From Fimbriimonadales bacterium (lineage in GTDB: Bacteria; Armatimonadota; Fimbriimonadia; Fimbriimonadales; JABRVX01), in the NCBI GenBank assembly GCA_045862955.1, contig BTVI01000001.1:100920-164919 (forward strand): 64,000 nt of DNA, in the 5' to 3' direction. Below, one piece after another: positions 31,947-40,736 of the stretch; within the stretch, counting starts at the first letter, position 1, and every line of letters starts with the position of its first letter. Below the pieces are notes generated by a model. That model did no database searches. It had not been told where the DNA came from and was given only the letters and a program-made list of their open reading frames with translations. A program made the position numbers and the translations under genes.

Positions 31947-32531
31947 CTATCTCGAACCTCCGGTCTTTTGGTCTCCTCGTACCCACGGCGGCATGATGGG
32001 GCCGGGACTGGGAACGCTTGCATTCGGCGTGGACGAGAGGCTGTGCTCCCGACCGTGGGGGACTTCTCGGTGACAATCCGTGCACTGGCGCGTGAAGTCG
32101 CTGTGGATCGGGGCGCCGACAGCATCGAGCGTGCGGGCGTGACACCGGATGCAGTTCTGCTGGATGACGGCCTTCGACTCGGGAATCGCCTGAATCACCT
32201 GCCGCTCCTTCCTTAGAGTAAACAGTAGGCTGTGGCGGAACCCGTCCTTCATCTTGAAGTAGTACTTGGCGAGCACGCTGGTGTGCGGGACGTGGCAATC
32301 GTTGCAGTTGGTTACGCGGGCGTGGCTCGAGTGTCGCCAAGTCGTGTACTGCGGGTTCATGATGTGGCAGTTGACGCAGGCCCGAGGGTCGTCGGATAGG
32401 TAGGATGCTGCCTCCGAGATGCGACCAACGTAGATGGCCATGCCGATGAGCACGACGACTGCGCCGAGGCTGAGCAGCCTCAGCGGTCTCGGTAGACCCG
32501 CAGCCAGAACCTCGTCGAATAGCTTGAGCAT
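31947..32531 (-). CDS. nrfH: Cytochrome c nitrite reductase small subunit (NapC/NirT family)
   Basis: TM helix, SYLSDDPRACVNCH, four CxxCH motifs, directly upstream of nrfA. Confidence 0.95.
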   Translation of the reverse strand: MLKLFDEVLAAGLPRPLRLLSLGAVVVLIGMAIYVGRISEAASYLSDDPRACVNCHIMNPQYTTWRHSSHARVTNCNDCHVPHTSVLAKYYFKMKDGFRHSLLFTLRKERQVIQAIPESKAVIQQNCIRCHARTLDAVGAPIHSDFTRQCTDCHREVPHGREHSLSSTPNASVPSPGPIMPPWVRGDQKTGGSR

Positions 32532-32573
32532 CGTGTGGTCGCTCCCGTCCGTCGCCTGGGCACCCTGGACACC

Positions 32574-32618
32574 ATTATCCGATTGTGCGGAAACGCGCAA
32601 TATGACCACGATCATATT
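32574..32618 (-). promoter_or_regulatory. nrfHA promoter: -10 GATAAT plus CRP/FNR-type palindrome
   Basis: Perfect inverted repeat AATATGA-CCACGA-TCATATT (32599-32618), centred 41.5 bp upstream of the TSS implied by GATAAT at 32579-32574. Confidence 0.65.
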
Positions 32619-32925
32619 CGCTGCAAGGCTCCGGTGCCTTTGCCACTCAGAGGGCGAGCATCGGGTGGGCTCGCCCGTGTCGCTCCGGAACGGGCTCCGC
32701 GGGTTGAGTGACACGGGTGAGCCGCCGAAGGCGCAGAGGCGCACTCGTTGGTATACCTTCGGAAACTGGATGGATTCCGAGATTCCCGGGTCAGACAGTT
32801 GCCATTTTTGTTTGGGTGCGCTAAACTATTTCCATCTGGTCACTTCGCCTCGAGAAGAGGCGAAAGTGGCATGTTTTCTGCGCTTGGATGGCAAGTCCTG
32901 ACGAAAGGTAAAGGAGTTGCACAAG

Positions 32926-33630
32926 ATGCGCATCATCATGGTGCTGTCCGCGCTGGCAGTCTGCGGTGCGGCTTTCTCTCAGAACTACGCTCCCGTATCC
33001 GGCGAGCTGCAGAGGTGGCGGATCGGCAACGGGGCTCCGACGCCCGGACCGGTGACCCTGTACGACAACACGGTTAACTACTTAGGCTACTATTTCCCGG
33101 GTAACTGGTGGGGTCCGGACTTCTGGGGCATTTGTGACGACGTACACATGACCGGTGGGGGCCTGATCAACGGCTTCGAGTTCGTATATTACGATCCGGC
33201 CGGCAACACCGCGTTGACGCAGGTCGAGTGGGCCGCGTTCGACATGACCACCTACGACTCCGGTCCGGTCGGCAGTTACCTAGGCGGGGGCGTTCTCACT
33301 GGCCTTCCTGGCGATGGTTTCTGGCTGGTGCAGGTGGACCTCACAGGAAGCGGCGAGTTCTTCGCCCCCGGAGGAGACATATGGTTCTGCCTTGCTTTTG
33401 GGGGCTACTACTCCGACAGCCCTGAAGCAGGCTGGGTCATCTACGATCCGCCGGTAGTCGGAAGCAGCCACGATCTGTTCCTGAACTTTCAGGATCAGGG
33501 CATCTACAACTTCGGCGGGTTTCCGGCTGCCAGCTTCGGCCTCCGCGTCTATGCGGTCCCTGAGCCGGGCACAATCGCCGCTCTCGGGGTCGGCCTCGCA
33601 GGTCTGCTGGGGCTGCGCCGCAGGAAGTAA
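32926..33630 (+). CDS. PEP-CTERM sorting-domain protein
   Basis: ATG after AAAGGAG, signal peptide, C-terminal VPEPGTIAALGVGLAGLLGLRRRK. Confidence 0.92.
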   Translation: MRIIMVLSALAVCGAAFSQNYAPVSGELQRWRIGNGAPTPGPVTLYDNTVNYLGYYFPGNWWGPDFWGICDDVHMTGGGLINGFEFVYYDPAGNTALTQVEWAAFDMTTYDSGPVGSYLGGGVLTGLPGDGFWLVQVDLTGSGEFFAPGGDIWFCLAFGGYYSDSPEAGWVIYDPPVVGSSHDLFLNFQDQGIYNFGGFPAASFGLRVYAVPEPGTIAALGVGLAGLLGLRRRK

Positions 33631-33657
33631 CCAACGGCTCTCTGTGCCGTAAGTTGG

Positions 33658-33687
33658 ACGGCTCCCCGCTCTGCGGGGAGCCGTTTC
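33658..33687 (+). terminator. Rho-independent terminator
   Basis: ACGGCTCCCCGC-TCT-GCGGGGAGCCGT followed by TT. Confidence 0.7.
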
Positions 33688-33715
33688 CCTTTGCACCCTT
33701 GGTACACTGGCCCCG

Positions 33716-35863
33716 ATGGACGAGCACACACTGCTCTTCGGAGCCGACGAGACGCAGCGCGTCGTTGCGGTAGACACCGCGGGCAGCCAGGCAAAGCTGT
33801 TCATCCGCACGCAACAGGGGGTACGCAGCGAGCTGCGCGAGTGGTCGCCGTGGATGTTCGCGGACGAGCGGTACACCCTGAAAGGGGCCCACTGGTCGGA
33901 GCTTGCCGCGCCGGAGCAGGGTGTTTGGCTACGAAATCTGGCACGGTTCGACAGCTGGGATGACCTGCGCGCGGCGCGCGAGGCGATGCAGGAAAGGGGT
34001 GCGCCGTTCCTCGCACCTGGCTCACGTGCGCGACAGTTCCTCACCGTAACGGGCATCACTTTGTTCAAGGGAATGGGCTATGCCGACCTGCACCGCCTGC
34101 AGCTCGACATCGAGACCACCTCGCTCGACCCGAGGGAGCAGGGTGCGAAGCTGCTGATGGTTGCGCTGTGCGACAACCGTGGCTACGAAAACGTCATAGC
34201 GGGCGATGAGCGCGCGATTATTCGCCGCTTGAGCGAGGAAGTCCAGCGACTAGACCCAGACGCGATCGAGGGCCACAACCTGCTGGCATTCGACCTCCCG
34301 TATTTGCACGAGCGGGCGCAGGCAGTCGAGGAGCCGCTGTTGCTCGGGCGAGAGGAGCGCGAATTGACGAAACTCGGATACGCGCGGTCACGCTCGTGGC
34401 GGTGGAGCCAGTGGGAGGTGTACGGTAGGCATCTCGTGGACACCATGCACGCCATCCAGCGGTTCGACGTGGGGCGTGGCGAGCTGGAAAGCTATGGGCT
34501 GAAGCAAGCCGCAGTGGCACTGGGTGTTGCTGAAGAGAACCGTATCATCCTAGATCGCACGGAGATGCAGCGGTTGGCGGAGCAGGACCCCGAGAGGGTC
34601 CGCGAGTACGCACTGCAGGACGTGCGCGAGACCCGGTCGCTGGCCGATCTGGTGTGCGCGACCGACTTCTACCAGGCACAGATGGTGCCCGAGTCGTATC
34701 AGGCGGTCGCCGAGATGGGCATGGGCGAGAAGATCAACGCGCTGATGCACCGCGCGTACCTCGCCGCAGGCCACGGCATCCCGCTGCCGAAGCCCCCGGG
34801 GGAGGTCCCCGGCGGCTATACCGAGGTAAGGCGAACGGGCGTGCTGCGGCCCGTGGTCAAGGCCGATGTTCAGAGCCTGTATCCCAGCATCATGGACCGC
34901 TTCGAAATCGCTCCGAGCAGCGATGTGCTAGGGGTGTTCCTGCCGATGCTGCGCGGGCTGACGCGAAGGCGCCTCGAAGCCAAGACCCGCATGCGTGAGA
35001 CGGAGGGGCAAGAACGGACTTATTGGGACGGCCTGCAGAGCTCGTTCAAGGTGCTGATCAACTCCTTCTATGGTTACCTGGGGACCAACGTGCACTTCAA
35101 CGACCCGCAGGCAGCGGCAAAGGTGACAACCCAGGGCCAGGCCATCGTGCGGCGAGCCGCAGAGCAGATCGAGCGCTTGGGTGGACAGGTGATCGAGGTA
35201 GACACGGATGGCATCTACTTCGTGCCCCCTGAGGGGGTTGCGGGGTCGGAGGACGCGGAGGAGGCGTTCGTCGCTCGGGTGGGTGAGGCGCTGCCCGAGG
35301 GCATTCACTTGGTGCACGACGGAAGCTTCCGCGCGATGCTCTCGCTGAAGGTGAAGAACTACGCGCTGCAGAGGGAGGACGGCCGACTCGTTTTTCATGG
35401 AGCGTCGCTGCGCAGCCGGGCGGACGAGCCCTTCGGCCGTGACTTCCTCAGCCGGGCGGTGGCGATGCTGTTCGAAGGAGACCGTGCGGGGCTTACCGCT
35501 CTGTACAAGGAGACCGCACGGGCCATTCTGCAGGGGGAGCTGCCTATCGAGGCGCTGGCCCGGCGTGAGCGGGTGACGGAAAAGACGTTCCGCAGCAGCT
35601 CCAAGCGGCGGGCAAAGGAGGCCGCCGAGGGGATTCAGGCCAAAGTGGGCGACTACGTGCGCGTGTACGAGGCGCAGGGCGGAGTGCTCAAGCCGCTCTC
35701 TGCCTACTCGAACGACGAGAACCGCGATTACTACGTGGACAAGCTGCACAAGTTCGCTTGTCGGCTGGAGCCTGCGCTCGGCGAGGACCTCTCCTCCGTG
35801 TTCCCGCCTCCGTCGGTGCTGAAGGCATCCTTCGGCGAGCAGCCATCGCTATTCGAGTTCTGA
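33716..35863 (+). CDS. polB: Family-B DNA polymerase with 3'-5' exonuclease domain
   Basis: Exo motifs LDIET, GHNLLAFDLPY and YALQD; Pol motifs DVQSLYPSIM, KVLINSFYG and VDTDG. Confidence 0.92.
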   Translation: MDEHTLLFGADETQRVVAVDTAGSQAKLFIRTQQGVRSELREWSPWMFADERYTLKGAHWSELAAPEQGVWLRNLARFDSWDDLRAAREAMQERGAPFLAPGSRARQFLTVTGITLFKGMGYADLHRLQLDIETTSLDPREQGAKLLMVALCDNRGYENVIAGDERAIIRRLSEEVQRLDPDAIEGHNLLAFDLPYLHERAQAVEEPLLLGREERELTKLGYARSRSWRWSQWEVYGRHLVDTMHAIQRFDVGRGELESYGLKQAAVALGVAEENRIILDRTEMQRLAEQDPERVREYALQDVRETRSLADLVCATDFYQAQMVPESYQAVAEMGMGEKINALMHRAYLAAGHGIPLPKPPGEVPGGYTEVRRTGVLRPVVKADVQSLYPSIMDRFEIAPSSDVLGVFLPMLRGLTRRRLEAKTRMRETEGQERTYWDGLQSSFKVLINSFYGYLGTNVHFNDPQAAAKVTTQGQAIVRRAAEQIERLGGQVIEVDTDGIYFVPPEGVAGSEDAEEAFVARVGEALPEGIHLVHDGSFRAMLSLKVKNYALQREDGRLVFHGASLRSRADEPFGRDFLSRAVAMLFEGDRAGLTALYKETARAILQGELPIEALARRERVTEKTFRSSSKRRAKEAAEGIQAKVGDYVRVYEAQGGVLKPLSAYSNDENRDYYVDKLHKFACRLEPALGEDLSSVFPPPSVLKASFGEQPSLFEF

Positions 35864-35948
35864 ATCCTCAGGCAGCCGACCTGGGCTACCCATACTCGGC
35901 GAGCGAGACGTAATCCCGTCATCCCGGCGGTCCTTATCTGGCTCCCGA

Positions 35949-36110
35949 ATGCCGCGATGCGGCATGTGCGCGCCAAGCTCCAGGGCGGTGTTTACCACGT
36001 TGTGCGGTGCCTCCCACAGCGCGTGCGTGGGGCCACCGGGATTTCAATCTACTACGGCCACGCCGTGCTCGCTTCCACAGCCCGTGCGCGGGGCCACCAG
36101 CACCGGAAGT
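35949..36110 (+). pseudogene. Possible N-terminal remnant of a RAYT/Y1 (HUH) transposase
   Basis: ATG CCG CG followed (frameshifted) by RHVRAKLQGGVYHVV resembles the MPRxxRxxxxGxxYHV N-terminus of REP-associated tyrosine transposases; no HUH motif or catalytic Tyr downstream. Confidence 0.3.
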
Positions 36111-36325
36111 CCTGCATAACGACCTCCTCGACCGGCCGCCCATCCCGTGTTGTCACGGTAGCGGATGGTGTCCGGGCAAACCTGCCGGGGCTGAGCTTTG
36201 TCGGGCAGTTGTGCCGGGTCCTTGGCATGCTGGCTGACGCGGGTGTGCGACGATAGGGCGAAGCCGGCCACGCCACGGGACTCGCATGCAGAGTGCCGCA
36301 GGATGAGCCTCGCTCCTCGTCCCTG

Positions 36326-37306
36326 CGTCACACCCCCATCCACCACACCCCTACCCGTCATGCCCCTACCCACCACACCCCTGCCCGTCACTCCGCCTCC
36401 CCGCCACACCCCCTACCCACCACACCCCTACCCGTCATGCTGAGCCTGTCGAAGCATGCAACCGCAAGCCGCAAGCGTTGCATCGGAAGCCGCAACCATG
36501 CGGACGACGAGGTCATGCTTCGACAAGCTCAGCATGACGAGGTTGAGCGCGACCAGGGCCAGCATGCACAAGCTCAGCGTGACAAAGCCCAGCTCCAACC
36601 TAGACCGACAAGCTATAACCTCGGACTCCTTAGGGGCGTCATACCCCTGCCCACCACACCCCCTACCCGCCATACCCCTACCGCCTCACCCCTGCCTCTC
36701 ACACATCTCCCGATCACACTCCTACCCGTCATGCTGAGCCTGTCGAAGCATGCAACCGCAAACCGCAAGCGTTGCATCGGAAGCCGCCACCATGCGGACG
36801 GCGAGGTCATGCTTCGACAAGCTCAGCATGACGAGTTCAGCGTGAACAGGCTTCGAATGACAAGGTTCAACAGGACGAGGTTCGGCATGACCAAGCCCAG
36901 CATAACGGCAATCGATGCGGCTGCTGGAAAGCGTCCGCCGACAGTGTTCGAGCCCGACACCTCGCAACGCCAACACCAACACCCCGTCCTCTCACACCCC
37001 CTACCCACAGAACCCCTACGCGCTATACCCCCGTCCACCACACCCCTACCCGTCATGCTGAGCCTGTCGAAGCATGCAACCGCAAGCCGCAAGCGTTACA
37101 TCGGAAGCCGCCACCATGCGGACGGCGAGGTCATGCTTCGACAAGCTCAGCATGACGAGGTTGAGCGCGACCAGGGCCAGCATGAACAAGCTCCGAATGA
37201 CCAAGCTCAGCATGACGAGTTCAGCGTGAACAGGCTCTGAATGACAAGGTTCAACAGGACGAGCTTCAACATGACCAAGCTCAGCATGACGAGGTTCAGC
37301 ACGAGC
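36326..37306. repeat. Cluster of three composite CGTC-tagged REP/MITE-like elements with flanking 15-nt tandem arrays
   Basis: 107-bp cores at 36433-36539, 36727-36833 and 37051-37157 with 26-bp inverted arms CGTCATGCTGAGC(C/T)TGTCGAAGCATG; C-rich 15-mers on the left and AAGCTCAGCATGACG-derived 15-mers on the right. Confidence 0.9.
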
Positions 37307-37421
37307 TGGTCCCAGAGCCGAGCACAGCAGTCGCTCTGTTGTGTGGCGCCGCACTGTTGGCCATGCCAAAGCGGCGGAGAGGATAGGTGTCAGGCGTCGC
37401 AGTATAGGGGCATCTCGACGC

Positions 37422-38477
37422 CTATTGCGGTGGGGACCCCGTGCGGGTCTCGGGTGGGCCGGGGGGAAGGCCCTCGGTAGGGCGGTCCGGAGGGCCGGTC
37501 GGATCGGGGATCGGAGGCGGCGTCTCCGGCGGCACCGTCTGTGGAGGCGCGGTCGGCTGGAGGGACGAGTGCCACCATGGTCGCTCCAGTACCGCGAGGA
37601 CATCGGCCTCGGCAGCGTTCTGCGGGAGTTGCAATGCAGCACGTCGGACGTCCGCAGTCAACAGCGTTTCCGTCTGCCCATCCACCGGTCCGAGAACGAT
37701 GACTCGAACGGAGACCGTGTCTGCGTCCGACCGAAAAACCGCCGCGGCTGCCTGTACGGCTAATGCGGCGACCGAGGCCCGCGTGAGGGGTGGTGCCGCG
37801 AGAAGGGTGAGAGTGGTCTCCGACGTGCGCGGGTCGAAGCTGAGGCCGGCCACTTGCGCAGCGATGGTGGCGTCGGCGGCCCCGATGCGCCGCAACACCT
37901 CCGCCTCCCGAGCCGTCTGCTGTGCAGCGGGCGGGCCGTGGTACTCGAGGCGACGCTGCACGAAATCGGGGTCGGGTTCGGGGGGTGCCTCCGCCATTCG
38001 TCTGCCTGCGAGGAAGCCGGCTGCCGCGACCGTTGCGGCAACTAGCAGGAACAGCCCCCAGACCCACGGTCCCAGGCGGTCACCAGCTCGAGACGGCGCG
38101 CTCTCATTTGCTGAGTTCGGGCGTTGCGCTAGGTGCTCGAGCCGCGCCTTGGCTTGCGTGTTGGCGGGATCGATCTCCAGGGTCGAGAGGAACCATTGTC
38201 GGGCATCCTCTTCCTTGCCTTGGTCGAGCAGGATGTCTCCCATGAGAGCATTTGCGGTCGCGTGGTTCGGGTAGCGTCGAAGGATCTCCAGGCAGACCTT
38301 CTCCGCCTGCTGCACTTCTCCCCGCATTCTCAGCAGGTTGGCGCGCGCGAGTGACGGATACACTTCCCTATCCGCGCCTTCCACGGCTTCGAAGCTGTCG
38401 TCGAGCGGCGCGCCACACTCGGGGCAGTGCTTCCTATCGGGGCCGACCTCGGCCATGCATTTGTCGCAAATCCTCAT
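37422..38477 (-). CDS. Membrane protein with N-terminal zinc ribbon, TPR repeats and Pro-rich C-terminus
   Basis: CDKC...CPECG, TPR-like helices ([10 protein letters not shown]), one TM segment; overlaps the dut stop (ATGA). Confidence 0.8.
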   Translation of the reverse strand: MRICDKCMAEVGPDRKHCPECGAPLDDSFEAVEGADREVYPSLARANLLRMRGEVQQAEKVCLEILRRYPNHATANALMGDILLDQGKEEDARQWFLSTLEIDPANTQAKARLEHLAQRPNSANESAPSRAGDRLGPWVWGLFLLVAATVAAAGFLAGRRMAEAPPEPDPDFVQRRLEYHGPPAAQQTAREAEVLRRIGAADATIAAQVAGLSFDPRTSETTLTLLAAPPLTRASVAALAVQAAAAVFRSDADTVSVRVIVLGPVDGQTETLLTADVRRAALQLPQNAAEADVLAVLERPWWHSSLQPTAPPQTVPPETPPPIPDPTGPPDRPTEGLPPGPPETRTGSPPQ

Positions 38478-38935
38478 AGTGCCTCTTTTCCGGTATGACC
38501 GAAGCCGCCGCTCCCGCGTTCCGTCTCGGGGAGATCGGTTACCACTCTGAGCTCAGCCCGGCTCACCGGCGCGATTACCATCTGCGCGATGCGCTCTCCC
38601 GGCTGTATGGTGTACGGCTCTGCGCCCCAGTTGATGAGGATTACCTCGATGACACCGCGATAGTCGGCGTCCACCGTACCCGGCGAGTTGACGAGACCGA
38701 TTCCGTGCTTGTCGGCGAGACCGCTCCGCGGCCGGACCTGAGCCTCGTATCCGTCTGGCAGGGCGATGCGGACCCCGGTAGAAATGCGTGCTCGCTCGCC
38801 GGGTACTAGCTCTACGGGCTCGTCGCAGTAGGCATGCAGGTCCATCCCGGCACATCCGCTCGTTGCATACGCAGGCGGTCGCGCTCCGGGCTCGAGGCTC
38901 ACTTGGACAGGTACGAATGCCGGTTCGTCGCTCAC
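38474..38935 (-). CDS. dut: dUTP diphosphatase
   Basis: [35 protein letters not shown]. Confidence 0.97.
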   Translation of the reverse strand: MSDEPAFVPVQVSLEPGARPPAYATSGCAGMDLHAYCDEPVELVPGERARISTGVRIALPDGYEAQVRPRSGLADKHGIGLVNSPGTVDADYRGVIEVILINWGAEPYTIQPGERIAQMVIAPVSRAELRVVTDLPETERGSGGFGHTGKEAL

Positions 38936-39054
38936 AACCCCGCATTGTGTCGCATTCGCCCTGGCTACGGCAGTCCGCGGCGAAAACCTTGGTTCCCGGG
39001 CCCCGACAATGGAAGAACGGAATTAGCGGAAGTATTGCGATGAGGAGACGCTCA

Positions 39055-40632
39055 ATGAGCTTATGTGTTCGACGACTGTGCCTCGGGATAGGCGCTTCGG
39101 CCGCGGTGACCCTGTTCTCCGGCTGCGGAGCGGGCGGCGGGCTGACCAGTGGAGAAGACTGGGTCCAGGACTTCGAGAACGGCTTCTCAGGTCGCGGTCG
39201 GGGCGTGCAGGTCTTCCCCATTCCCTCCACGGGCCCGGCGGTTTTCATCTCCGCGGCGGGAGGCGATGTAACCTCGCTTGCATTCACTCCCACGCCGACC
39301 CTGTTCCGCAACTCGAAGATCGCTTATGCCTCGAGCCGGGCGGGCAACTACGATATCTACGTCATGGACTATGACGGCACGAACGTAAGACAACTCACTA
39401 CTCATCCGGGGGCAGACCGCAACCCCAGCATCACCGCCGACGGCACCAAGGTGTTCTTCGAATCGGATCGCACGGGCACGCCACAGATTTGGGTTATCAA
39501 TACCGACGGCACCGGCGAGCGTCAGCTCACGTTTACCTCCGCTTCGGAGACGCAGCCGCACGTGTCGAGGGACGGTAGCATGGTCGCGTTCGTGAGCAAC
39601 CGCTTCGGCAACAGCGAAGTGCTGATGATGGGCCCGGACGGGCTGAACCAGCGCAGGCTGACCGAGCACTCCGCTGTGGACGAGCAGCCCCAGATCTCGC
39701 CGACCGGTACGCACCTGTGCTGGGTGAGCACACGCGCTGACGGGCGCCGCCACGTCTTTCGCATGGACCTCTCCACCGGCACCATCAACCAAGTGACGAG
39801 TGGTGGGGGCTCGGAAGTGGATCCGCGCTGGTCTCCGGACGGTCAGGTGATCGCGTTCGTAAGTGCATCCGGCTGGATCTACACCATCAAGCCGGATGGC
39901 ACCGGGGTAACACCCGTTCTGACTGGACTGCCCGTACGCTCTCAGCCCGACTTCTCGCCAGACGGCCAGAAGATCGTCTACACCGCCGACCTGGGAAACA
40001 ACTTAGACCTGTACGTTGCCAACCGCGATGGCACGGGCACCCCGGTGCGACTGACGAACGAGCCGACGTTCGAGATGGCGCCGTCCGTATCCGGGTCGGC
40101 GTTGCCCCGCCGCGTTTTCGTGGGAGCGGCCGGAAGCGATATGGGGCGGGACCCCGTGTTCGGGAGTTCCATCGGCGGCTTCATCTGCAGCCTCGCAGGC
40201 TCAGTCGTTGGAGACGTGATCTCGATTGACGGCAGCCAGCGTTCGGCCCTCTTGATAGACCCCTTGTATCTCGGCAACGACGCGGGGCTGGTGGGAGCGC
40301 AAGTCACCGGAACGACCATCACCAGCATGTTGCAGGACAACGGAAGGCTGATGTCGCCCACTCGAATCATCGGAACGGGTGGTATCTTTCCGGCCACCTC
40401 GGACGCCCTTCAGTTGTTCTTCAATCCGACGACGGGAAGGCTAATGAGCGTCGTGCCGATCGGTCGCGGCCGGGCCGAAGAGCCGGGTGGCGGATTCGAG
40501 AACGGTCGGCTGGTCATCCGAGGAGCGGTTCGAGCGGCAATCGATATGGAGCGCAAGGTCAACATCGCACCGGACGGTGCGACGGAAGTCTCGATCGACC
40601 CTGCCACCGGCCGCATCATGTCCGTGCAGTAG
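39055..40632 (+). CDS. Lipoprotein with TolB-like PD40 beta-propeller
   Basis: ATG after GAGGAG; lipobox FSGC; repeated PxxSPDGxxIAF PD40 motifs. Confidence 0.85.
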   Translation: MSLCVRRLCLGIGASAAVTLFSGCGAGGGLTSGEDWVQDFENGFSGRGRGVQVFPIPSTGPAVFISAAGGDVTSLAFTPTPTLFRNSKIAYASSRAGNYDIYVMDYDGTNVRQLTTHPGADRNPSITADGTKVFFESDRTGTPQIWVINTDGTGERQLTFTSASETQPHVSRDGSMVAFVSNRFGNSEVLMMGPDGLNQRRLTEHSAVDEQPQISPTGTHLCWVSTRADGRRHVFRMDLSTGTINQVTSGGGSEVDPRWSPDGQVIAFVSASGWIYTIKPDGTGVTPVLTGLPVRSQPDFSPDGQKIVYTADLGNNLDLYVANRDGTGTPVRLTNEPTFEMAPSVSGSALPRRVFVGAAGSDMGRDPVFGSSIGGFICSLAGSVVGDVISIDGSQRSALLIDPLYLGNDAGLVGAQVTGTTITSMLQDNGRLMSPTRIIGTGGIFPATSDALQLFFNPTTGRLMSVVPIGRGRAEEPGGGFENGRLVIRGAVRAAIDMERKVNIAPDGATEVSIDPATGRIMSVQ

Positions 40633-40657
40633 TCCTCCTAATCCGCTCACGCGAACC

Positions 40658-40684
40658 GCGGCCCGTCCGCCTCGGACGGGCCGC
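40658..40684 (+). terminator. GC-rich hairpin, probable terminator
   Basis: GCGGCCCGTCCG-CCT-CGGACGGGCCGC just after the stop at 40632; weak U tract. Confidence 0.55.
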
Positions 40685-40736
40685 CCCCGTTTGCCGGGCT
40701 GGGGCAGCCACGGCCTGCGGGTAGAATCGCGTGACC

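Noticed and set aside
30514..32744. Long overlapping N-terminal extensions of nrfA/nrfH (similarly for the 38788, 54445 and 60997 starts)
   Set aside because: Downstream starts give proper signal/TM helices and remove implausible overlaps.
33716..35863. Prophage, pipolin or casposon around polB
   Set aside because: No integrase, Cas1, terminal repeats, tRNA target or phage genes nearby; flanks are ordinary chromosomal genes.
36293..37240. 315-aa ORF and other ORFs with pentapeptide periodicity across the repeat cluster
   Set aside because: They are translations of the DNA repeats; periodicity shifts between frames (14- and 17-nt units) and no clear translation signals are present.
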